Below are positions 17,367 to 25,317 of a stretch of DNA of 64,000 nucleotides, piece by piece. The stretch's first letter is position 1; every line of letters begins with the position of its first letter. The stretch is from positions 19,955-83,954 of the forward strand of contig CAZSMC010000006.1 in the NCBI GenBank assembly GCA_964607755.1. Reading direction: 5' to 3'. This DNA comes from an uncultured Cytophagia bacterium. GTDB lineage: Bacteria > Zhuqueibacterota > Zhuqueibacteria > Residuimicrobiales > Krinioviventaceae. The position numbers were made by a program, and so were the translations under genes. Below the pieces are notes generated by a model. That model had not been told where the DNA came from. It worked only from the letters and a program-made list of their open reading frames with translations, and did not search any database.

Positions 17367-19913
17367 TCATTTGAGAATTGACATTTTTTTGATATCTTGC
17401 CACATGTACTTCCCTTCCGCGGTTTGTGCATGCATTTTTATAAAGTAAAGACCGGAACTTAAATTATTCGATTCAAAACCGACCCGATGCCATCCTTTTT
17501 CCACATCGTGATCGATAAGATTCTCCACCATTTGACCGGCAATATTGTAAACAGAGAGATTGACGCCACTTTTTTCCGGGACATGGAACGCAATAGTAGT
17601 CGACGAGTTGAACGGATTCGGATAGTTATTTTTAAGAATAAAATCCGACGGCAAAGCAGGCTCGTCTTTCTCAACATTCGATTCGTCGACTAGTTTGAGA
17701 GAAATATTATCAATGTACACATCAGCTTCGTACTTGCCAGTATTGATAACCACCCGGGCATTGTAATCGGTTTGATCTTGCATTTCAAACGAATAAGAAA
17801 AATGCCTTTTTCGTGTGCTCAAGGGCGTTAAACCATTTTTGCTATAATTCGTCCACGGGGATTCATCTTCGCCGATTTTGGCTTCGATAGTTCGCGGTGC
17901 ACTGGCCCAGGCATCAAATTCAAAAAGGTACTCTTCACCTTGCACAAGCGTCAGCCCGGCCTGGCGAATCTGGACATCATGTTCATCGCCGCCACCGTTA
18001 TCGATTTTGAAATGAAAAACACCTTCCTCAACCGACCAGACTGCAGATGCACTGCCACGCACCAGCCAGGTCCAGTAGGCAACCCTGTTGTCAAAAGTAC
18101 CATTGGTTACCATATTTGTGCCAGGGTTGATAAAATGGATATCAGCGCTTTCTTCGTTGGAAAAGTCACTTTCCGAGCCGTCTTTGTTGACCGCAGTCAC
18201 CCGGAAATAATACTTTTCACCGGTCTTAATATCTGTGAGCTTTTTCAGCGTTTGTTCCGAAGTCGCTATTACTTTTGTCGGCCGACGATGAGTATCGCCG
18301 TAAATTCGATAATAATCCACATCCGGATCACCGAATTTGTTAAAAATCAGAGTGACATTTGTGGGCGTGGGCTCGACAATTAAGTAGGGTTTTTCCACCG
18401 TGCCATTCCACGGGAATCGAAACGCGCGGTATGTCTTCGCGTCCTGGACAAAATTCATTTCATAAACCTTGTCGCCGTCCGGTGTGACTTCCATGGCTTT
18501 TGGCAGTTTTTCAATCGCCCAGTTGATGAACGTATTGCCATTCAGCAGGCGTTGGGCATTCCCCATGTGGTAGGCATACGTCGGCGGATCTTCCATATAA
18601 CTCCACACCAGGGTGGCTGTGCCTTTTTCTGGATCAATTTCATATTCCAGCGCTCTGGACACCTGGGGATTATGCAGACAGCCATTGTCAAAAATGGTGT
18701 AATGTCCGTTGCCCAATACCCGGACACTGTGCTGATTATAAAAACCGTCAAGCGGATCATCGACAAAATCAAAATCATTATTAGCGCCGCCCAGCCGCCA
18801 GATCATCTCGCCGGTCTGCCGGTCAATTTTTGTCACCTCGCTCAGGCGTTTGCTTGAGAGGATGATATTAGCGTCATCGTCAATATCGATCGAATTCATG
18901 TGAGGAAAACGGAAGGAATCGTGCGTTGGCAAATCATCCGGACTGTAACCGATCATATCGCGGGGATCAAAATTCTCCCAGGCCGGCCATTGAAAAATGA
19001 GCTCACCGTACTCTGTGAATTCCTGAATAGCCGTTTCCCGAACCGTGGCATTCTTTTTTCCTCCGGACACATATTTGCTCATATCGACCTGGAAGGTACG
19101 CCGGCCAAGAAGCAGCACATGACCGTTTTCAAGCACGATGCATTCATGTTCATCTGTGCTGTATCCATTGGTCGCTTCAAACTCGTCAATCAGATTGAAA
19201 TTTTGGTCGAAATTGAGAAATCGCTCGCCCCCATCGCGGGCCAGCATGGTGAGGGTACCATTTTTTTGCACTTTGAAATCACGCCGGCGATCTGAAGTGC
19301 GAAGATACCACACCGGAGAACCGTTGCTGTTGAACATGACATTGTACGGCGTGCCGCCCCAATTATTGATGAAAATATACCCTTCAGCCGGATCTTTATT
19401 CACGCTCACGTTCACGTGCGGAAAGTCACTGGGTACAGAAATGCCATTTGGCATGATGCACGCACCGCCAGCAGTGTTTTGAAGAACATTATTTGATTTT
19501 TTTATTGTGCTTTTTGAGGATTCCGAGAAGGAACAATTCTCCTTGCGAGCTACAGAAAATGTAAAAGTTAAGCGATCCCTATTTACACCATCGATTATAG
19601 GTTTTATTTCAACAGTAATCTTTTCACCGGGGGTAAAGGTCGTTTCGGGATTAAAAGTAATCGTGCGCTCATCTGAAGCCATTTTTGTATACCCGGAGAT
19701 TTTTCCGCTCTGTTGTCCATTTACAGCAATTATTTTATTCAGATTTGTAATTTTTTGCGGTGAGAGTTCTGAAAATCGAACGATAATCGAGGCGTGTCTG
19801 GAGACGTGAGTTGCATTCGGCGAAGGGGAAAGATACTGTATGTGTTCACGCTCCAATGAAAAAATGGAGCTCACAAAAAACAATGTTAGAATAAAAAAAA
19901 GTGATTTTTGCAT
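17367..19913 (-). CDS. ASST-family T9SS cargo protein, paralogue C (SSRH changed to SSKR; ECC changed to ETA)
   Basis: 848 aa. 'FPHMNSIDIDDDANIILSSKRLSEVTKI', 'VRETAIQEFT'. CBM-like and T9SS C-terminal domain ('YPNPFNSSTTIAFHVP') present. Confidence 0.8.
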   Translation of the reverse strand: MQKSLFFILTLFFVSSIFSLEREHIQYLSPSPNATHVSRHASIIVRFSELSPQKITNLNKIIAVNGQQSGKISGYTKMASDERTITFNPETTFTPGEKITVEIKPIIDGVNRDRLTFTFSVARKENCSFSESSKSTIKKSNNVLQNTAGGACIMPNGISVPSDFPHVNVSVNKDPAEGYIFINNWGGTPYNVMFNSNGSPVWYLRTSDRRRDFKVQKNGTLTMLARDGGERFLNFDQNFNLIDEFEATNGYSTDEHECIVLENGHVLLLGRRTFQVDMSKYVSGGKKNATVRETAIQEFTEYGELIFQWPAWENFDPRDMIGYSPDDLPTHDSFRFPHMNSIDIDDDANIILSSKRLSEVTKIDRQTGEMIWRLGGANNDFDFVDDPLDGFYNQHSVRVLGNGHYTIFDNGCLHNPQVSRALEYEIDPEKGTATLVWSYMEDPPTYAYHMGNAQRLLNGNTFINWAIEKLPKAMEVTPDGDKVYEMNFVQDAKTYRAFRFPWNGTVEKPYLIVEPTPTNVTLIFNKFGDPDVDYYRIYGDTHRRPTKVIATSEQTLKKLTDIKTGEKYYFRVTAVNKDGSESDFSNEESADIHFINPGTNMVTNGTFDNRVAYWTWLVRGSASAVWSVEEGVFHFKIDNGGGDEHDVQIRQAGLTLVQGEEYLFEFDAWASAPRTIEAKIGEDESPWTNYSKNGLTPLSTRKRHFSYSFEMQDQTDYNARVVINTGKYEADVYIDNISLKLVDESNVEKDEPALPSDFILKNNYPNPFNSSTTIAFHVPEKSGVNLSVYNIAGQMVENLIDHDVEKGWHRVGFESNNLSSGLYFIKMHAQTAEGKYMWQDIKKMSILK

Positions 19914-19937
19914 AGGTCATCCTTGTAGAGAATGATA

Positions 19938-20726
19938 TTACAATTCTTCTAATAGCTTTTTTGCTTGATGTTTTATCATCGTGTCCGCGGCAAGTCCATG
20001 TGCAACGTCTTCTGTCTCTACAATTTCTTTCAAAAGTCGTTTGGACCGCTCCTGCTGATCCTGTTCCGCCAGAGCTTGAGCAAGATATAATTTATTGAAA
20101 AGATTGTCCGGTGCCATTTTGTAAGCGCGTTCGAGATAGCTCAATGCCTTTTTCTTCGAAGGCCAGGTCAGCACCAAAGGAATTTTAGGTACTTTGCGGT
20201 GAAGCAAACCCAGCATGCGGTAACCCCCGGCATCGAGATAGTCGGCATCGAGTTCGATTGTCTTTTCAGCATGATATTTTACTTTGCCAGCCACTCCCTG
20301 GCGCGCAGAAGTTAAAAGTCCCTGCACTTCTCCCAGGTATCCCCATAAAATCCCCAACCAGCAATGCAGCTCAACCCCCTTTGGATACTCATCAACGACC
20401 TTTTCTCCAAAATCGATAGCGCGGTGGTAAAGTCGCTGTCTGTATTCTTTATCATCAGTGGTAAATGTGGCTTTAAAATAAAAGGCTCGAAGCAGCTTCC
20501 AAACAGCCTCGTATTTTTGCTCACCAGAATTTTCATTGACAGCTTGCCGATACCAGTGAATCGCCTTATTTATGGTTGAAGAATCGGCAAGAATTTTTTC
20601 TTTATTAAAATTTTTGTTCCGTTGTTCAAAAAGGCTGTCTGCACGGGAGAGTGGAGTAGCGGCGGCAAGAGGAAAAGCTAAGAACAACACACAAACAATA
20701 ATACATCGAAATACATTATTTTTCAT
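19938..20726 (-). CDS. Hypothetical secreted alpha-helical (TPR-like) protein
   Basis: 262 aa. Signal peptide 'MKNNVFRCIIVCVLFLAFPLAAA'. Repeated amphipathic helices with W/Y/L spacing typical of TPR-like folds. Confidence 0.45.
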   Translation of the reverse strand: MKNNVFRCIIVCVLFLAFPLAAATPLSRADSLFEQRNKNFNKEKILADSSTINKAIHWYRQAVNENSGEQKYEAVWKLLRAFYFKATFTTDDKEYRQRLYHRAIDFGEKVVDEYPKGVELHCWLGILWGYLGEVQGLLTSARQGVAGKVKYHAEKTIELDADYLDAGGYRMLGLLHRKVPKIPLVLTWPSKKKALSYLERAYKMAPDNLFNKLYLAQALAEQDQQERSKRLLKEIVETEDVAHGLAADTMIKHQAKKLLEEL

Positions 20727-21116
20727 CGAGCACCGGGGAATTTCGTCATTCCTTTAATTACCTGGATTTCAAGCGTTCCGCTTGCAGTTGTTTAAAAAAA
20801 TAGATTGTAAAAAATTGTTAATACATTTTTAAAATATATAATTTATAGCGACATTTCAAAGCATGAATTTACAATCAATGTATGAAAAATCCGTAAACTT
20901 TACAGCGATTAAAGCGAACCTTTTTACCTGTCAGGCATTCAATTAGATACATGAATTTAGAGAAACACCTGTAAATATTGACAATAAAAAATGTATATAG
21001 ATACATATCATTTAAGTAAACCAACTTGACAAGAAATAGTTCTTGATTTTCTATCAAAATTGTGTTAAAATTATGGACATTTTAAATTTGGATAAACTAA
21101 GGATTTTATAAGGCTT

Positions 21117-22649
21117 ATGAATGCAAAATTGAAACTCTTTGCGCTTTGTCTTCTTTCTTTGACTGTCTTTGTTCTGTTAACCTGTGATTCTGATACCGGA
21201 ACAGGACCTGAAAAAGAAAAACCACAAAGTGCTGTTAAAGGAACAGTTACATTCACCGGCGAATGGCCGGCAGCTCCATCAGAGGTTCGCATGGTTGCTT
21301 CTGTATCGTTTCCACCAGCCTCTGCGGATGATTTGATTTTAGGAGAATCCATTCCTCAAGATGTCTCTTCGTACGATTACACATTAAAACTGGATCCTGG
21401 TAAATACAGACTCATTGGTGTGGCCTGGCGCACATCAGATGCTGAGTGGACTCTATCCAACATTTGCGGCGTTTACATTGCCGGCGGTGATCCGTTTATC
21501 CCGGGCGTGGTGACACTGGGAAATGAGGATTCCGTGGCTGAAGATATTGACTTTTCAGTAGACCGCTCAATCGCCAAACCAGCAAGTCAAGCTAAAATTG
21601 AAGGATCGGTACATTTTGAAGGACAATGGCCACAGGAATATACGCATGCCATTGTTGTGGGATCGACAAACGATCCGTTTTCCGATTCGTTTTCACTTTT
21701 TGATTTGAGCTTTGGCAACGTCATCGAAAAAGGCACTCAATCGATAAATTACACCATAAACGCACAACCTGCCACGTATCAGGCGATTGGAGTGTTATTT
21801 TTTAATGTGAACGAATCAATTTCTGGAGAAGCGTTTTATTATTCCCAGAACGTCAATGCGCTGTCCATTGTGCAAGTGACTGTGGGGGCGAATCAGACTG
21901 TGGCTGGCCCTGATTTTGATATTAAATTTACCGTAGCAAATAGCGGTATCAAAGGTACAGTCATATTTACCGGAAGCTGGCCGGCTCCTCCGGCTGAAGT
22001 ACGGCTCGTTGCTACTGAAACGTTCCCACCCAGTCTGGATGACCTGATTATTGGTGAGTCGCTGCCGGCAAACCAGCAATCTGCAAATTACTTTTTCCAT
22101 CTTGCGCCTGGCAGCTATAAAGTTGTGGGTGTGGCCTGGCGCGCTGAAAGCCAGAGCTGGGCATTGACAAGTATCTGTGGCGCGTATTTCGCGGGTGAGG
22201 ATTCTCTGTCGCCAACCGAGGTTGTCATTCCTTCGGAAGATTCTGTGATTGAAAATGTCAACATGAAAGTGAATCGTACCAAAGCCAGGGAAGTCACGGA
22301 TACTAAAATCGCCGGCAGTATTGAATTTCAGGGCGAGTGGCCGTCTGACATTATCGAAGCCCGGGTTATCGCCACGACAAAGTTCAATATTTTCCCCACA
22401 GAATTGCCAACCATGCTGGACCTTGGATTTAGCGATGGCATCGAACCGGGAACTGCGCAAGTTGATTATTTGATCCAGGCTTTTCCGGGGACTTTTGTGG
22501 CAACCGGGGTGTTATTCTTCCGTGAAGGCCAGAAATTGACCATGAATGATATTTTTTATTCGCTCGATGTCAATGGACTTGACTTGTCACAATACAAAGT
22601 CGAGAGAAATAAAACAGCAGATGGGCCGGATTTTGTGATTCAGTTTTAG
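21117..22649 (+). CDS. Hypothetical lipoprotein built from four tandem ~120-aa repeats in an (AB)(AB) arrangement
   Basis: Lipobox 'VLLTC'. Repeat starts 'VKGTVTFTGEWPAAPSEVRMVA', 'IEGSVHFEGQWPQEYTHAIVVG', 'IKGTVIFTGSWPAPPAEVRLVA', 'IAGSIEFQGEWPSDIIEARVIA'. Confidence 0.6.
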   Translation: MNAKLKLFALCLLSLTVFVLLTCDSDTGTGPEKEKPQSAVKGTVTFTGEWPAAPSEVRMVASVSFPPASADDLILGESIPQDVSSYDYTLKLDPGKYRLIGVAWRTSDAEWTLSNICGVYIAGGDPFIPGVVTLGNEDSVAEDIDFSVDRSIAKPASQAKIEGSVHFEGQWPQEYTHAIVVGSTNDPFSDSFSLFDLSFGNVIEKGTQSINYTINAQPATYQAIGVLFFNVNESISGEAFYYSQNVNALSIVQVTVGANQTVAGPDFDIKFTVANSGIKGTVIFTGSWPAPPAEVRLVATETFPPSLDDLIIGESLPANQQSANYFFHLAPGSYKVVGVAWRAESQSWALTSICGAYFAGEDSLSPTEVVIPSEDSVIENVNMKVNRTKAREVTDTKIAGSIEFQGEWPSDIIEARVIATTKFNIFPTELPTMLDLGFSDGIEPGTAQVDYLIQAFPGTFVATGVLFFREGQKLTMNDIFYSLDVNGLDLSQYKVERNKTADGPDFVIQF

Positions 22650-22760
22650 GCAGGATTAGGACAGCAAGACTTTTTATAGAAAGGTGCGCCAGTAATACCT
22701 TAGTTAATAGTGTATAATGCAGATGTTTGTTTTGTGAGCAGAAAATCGGAAACAGGTTTA

Positions 22761-22857
22761 ACAATGGGTCGCTGAATGAATTCAATTTATTTGATAAGAC
22801 CAAAATAAATAGTAGCTTATAAATATTACTCCCAATCAAAAAGCGACCCATTGTTCC
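22761..22857. repeat. About 95-bp element bounded by perfect 13-bp inverted repeats (AACAATGGGTCGC ... GCGACCCATTGTT)
   Basis: Read directly at 22761-22773 and 22845-22857. The AT-rich 71-nt interior has no ORF. It lies in a convergent intergenic region. Confidence 0.35.
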
Positions 22858-23070
22858 AGATGTCAGATTATCTCCACCTAACCCAGGTTCGACACTTTAA
22901 TGTTAAATTCAATATTTACAATAAAAGAACAGGTCTTCACTACACGGGATTAGGGAATCATTTTTATTGTAAATAATGAACTTAAATCAAAAATAATTTA
23001 TAAAATAGCCAAAATATAAAACAACTGTCGAACTTGGGCTAATAACCAAGGTAATACATTTGCCATAAAA

Positions 23071-23100
23071 AAAAGTCCGGTAAAAATTTACCGGACTTTT
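23071..23100. terminator. Bidirectional rho-independent terminator between convergent genes
   Basis: A8 (23066-73), then GTCCGGTAAA-aa-TTTACCGGAC (23075-23096), then TTTT. A perfect 10-bp-arm palindrome flanked by an A-run and a T-run. Confidence 0.6.
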
Positions 23101-23134
23101 CGCGTTCATCTCATTCTTTTCAATTCATGTGGTC

Positions 23135-24220
23135 TCAACTCAGAAACGTCTCATAAATCGGGGCATAATCTTGTCGAATCTTTTCCTCATCCAGACCAAA
23201 TTTTTCCAGACTGTATTTATGTTTGCTCTTGTAATTTCTTTGCTTTTCTGCGGTTTCCTGAATGGTTTTTTGCAGTTCAGATGACGGTTTTTCACCAATA
23301 AAGTCCATAATCTCGTTCATCAGATTATCAAAATTCTGCATCAGTCGCGGAAACGTGACGACTTTGACCTTATCTTTTGGGATTTTACCAGATACATAAT
23401 CATTATAGAATTTCATCGACAGCTCCAGAAACGCATCGTAAAGACGATCGATGTATTTCTGCCGTGTCTCTTCCGGCAAATTCCAGAATCCGAATCGGCC
23501 GTCAAGGACGCCAGTGACCAGACTTAATCCCGAAGGCACAGTGCTGAGCGGGTCCCTCACCATGTACAGGATTTTAGCATCAGGGAATTCGTTTAAAAAG
23601 CGGGGAATGCGAACGCCAAGCGAAAACAACTTGCCAATCACCCGGTCGCGTTTTTCGCTGATAAGATTGCGGCGCCATATTTTTCTCAGCCAGCTAAAAT
23701 CACGTTTTGAGGTATCGCGAATGTCGGGATCGAACATCTCTTTTGGATCGTCTTCAGACCAGGCGAGGAAAAAGCCATAAACAAAAAAGCCGTCAAAGTA
23801 ACGGAAAAGCAAGGAAGGATCATCGGTTTCAATGCCGGTCAGGCTTGTTTTGTGCGCAGCCGCTTCGTGGAACCGAGCCGGGCTCATTTTTTCTAGCAGG
23901 GGCAGAAAAGGTTTTAATAGTGTTTGCAAAACCAGCGAGGGGTAAAGCATTTTCCAGATTCGCATCCCGGAACCAAGTCCGTTTTGGACTAAAAAGCGCT
24001 GCAAAAAGGTCGTGCCGGTTCTGGGATTACCCACAATAACCACCGGATTTTTCACCCGTTTTTTCCACAATGACGGAAAAAAGACATAGTCCAGAATCAT
24101 GCCAATAGAGACGATTACATAGAGCAGCAAAAATCCGATAAACATGGGCAGGAGAGCGAACCATTTATGAAACGTGTGACCAACTGCCTTGAAAACCATG
24201 ATCATTCGAGAAAGCATCAA
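23135..24220 (-). CDS. Membrane-anchored PAPS-dependent sulfotransferase (Sulfotransfer_3-like)
   Basis: 361 aa. N-terminal transmembrane segment. 5'-PSB P-loop 'VIVGNPRTGTTFLQRFL'. 3'-PB-like 'LYMVRDPLSTVPS'. Confidence 0.7.
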   Translation of the reverse strand: MMLSRMIMVFKAVGHTFHKWFALLPMFIGFLLLYVIVSIGMILDYVFFPSLWKKRVKNPVVIVGNPRTGTTFLQRFLVQNGLGSGMRIWKMLYPSLVLQTLLKPFLPLLEKMSPARFHEAAAHKTSLTGIETDDPSLLFRYFDGFFVYGFFLAWSEDDPKEMFDPDIRDTSKRDFSWLRKIWRRNLISEKRDRVIGKLFSLGVRIPRFLNEFPDAKILYMVRDPLSTVPSGLSLVTGVLDGRFGFWNLPEETRQKYIDRLYDAFLELSMKFYNDYVSGKIPKDKVKVVTFPRLMQNFDNLMNEIMDFIGEKPSSELQKTIQETAEKQRNYKSKHKYSLEKFGLDEEKIRQDYAPIYETFLS

Positions 24221-24242
24221 AATCCTCCGTTATATATTTTCC

Positions 24243-25211
24243 TTACCATTGCACCAGCGCAAAAGCAACAGACAAACCGGCTCCGGTCCCGCCAAGGAGC
24301 AACAGATCACCACGTTTTAAAAGTCCCTTTTCATCAGCAATAGCCAGGGCCAGCGGCGTGGACGACGCAATCGTATTTCCGTATTCTGCGATAATATTGA
24401 CAACTTTGCTCTGTTCAATCCCATAGTCGCTTGCCAGATCCAAAGCTGGTCCCGATGCCTGATGAGGGATGAGCCAATCGATATCTTTGGCGCCCAGACC
24501 ATTGCGGCTCAATAAATCTTCCAGGGCATCCCTGACACGCTTCCTTGCCATGCGATAAACTCGTGTGCCTTTCATATGAAAAAGATTGTCCTCCGGCTTG
24601 GTCTTTTCCGGATGCCCGGGTGGATGCTTTGTCCCGGCACCGCGAAATTCGGTGAACTCGGCGCCTTCCGGCCAGGTGTTCATTTCCCAATCGATAATCC
24701 GGCTGTTTTCCGAATCGGGCGTTTTTTCCACAACGGCAGCAGCGGCCGCATCTCCGAATAGCGATGCACTTTCCGGTTCTTTCATATTTCGCCAGGGCGT
24801 TCCGGTTTCAGAAGAGACGATTAATATTTTTTTGTACATATCTGTTTGCAGCAGTGTTGCCGCATTCATCAAAGCGACAACAAAAGAAAGACAGGTAGCG
24901 TGCACTGACCAGGACGGAATGCCGTTGTAACCAAGCTGCCGCATAATGAAAACTGAACTGTCAGGAAGAAGTTGAAGCGGAGTGGTCGACGCGTTCAGCA
25001 GACAATCCGGAGCGCGGTTATCCCCGAGCGCCATCTGTGCTGCTTTTGCACCCATCACTTCCATAGATTCTTCGGCAATGTGCCGATTGATGACGCCAGT
25101 GCGCGATTTTATCCACTTTGCGCTGCGGCCGATTTTCGGCGCCAGGTCTTCAGCCGTCTCGACTTTTGGCGGAGCACAATAGCCGGTTGATACAATTTTT
25201 ATGTTTAGCAT
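24243..25211 (-). CDS. FabH-like 3-oxoacyl-ACP synthase III family ketosynthase/acyltransferase (second copy, not in the fab cluster)
   Basis: Start moved to 'MLNIKIVSTGY' (ATG complement at 25209-25211, AAAGGA RBS). Cys-His-Asn triad context 'HATCLSF', 'PHQAS', 'YGNTIASS'. 22 nt upstream of the sulfotransferase. Confidence 0.7.
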   Translation of the reverse strand: MLNIKIVSTGYCAPPKVETAEDLAPKIGRSAKWIKSRTGVINRHIAEESMEVMGAKAAQMALGDNRAPDCLLNASTTPLQLLPDSSVFIMRQLGYNGIPSWSVHATCLSFVVALMNAATLLQTDMYKKILIVSSETGTPWRNMKEPESASLFGDAAAAAVVEKTPDSENSRIIDWEMNTWPEGAEFTEFRGAGTKHPPGHPEKTKPEDNLFHMKGTRVYRMARKRVRDALEDLLSRNGLGAKDIDWLIPHQASGPALDLASDYGIEQSKVVNIIAEYGNTIASSTPLALAIADEKGLLKRGDLLLLGGTGAGLSVAFALVQW

Positions 25212-25317
25212 GGAATATTCTTTCCTTTTATCCCACGATTCATCCGCGCCCGGTTTGCATATTGCGGCCGGATCAATCATTTGGCGACCGATCATGGATC
25301 AGTCGCCAATCGTTCTT

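Noticed and set aside
20727-21116. Small ORFs (60-93 aa) in the divergent AT-rich spacer
   Set aside because: They have low-complexity translations (Phe/Tyr/Ile/Asn-rich) and overlap each other on both strands. This is a divergent promoter region for the TPR-like and lipoprotein genes.
24243-25295. Upstream 28-aa extension (start at 25295) of the FabH-like gene
   Set aside because: The extension 'MIGRQMIDPAAICKPGADESWDKRKEYS' is not KAS III-like. The ATG at 25211 has an AAAGGA RBS and gives the canonical 'MxxxIxxxG' FabH start.
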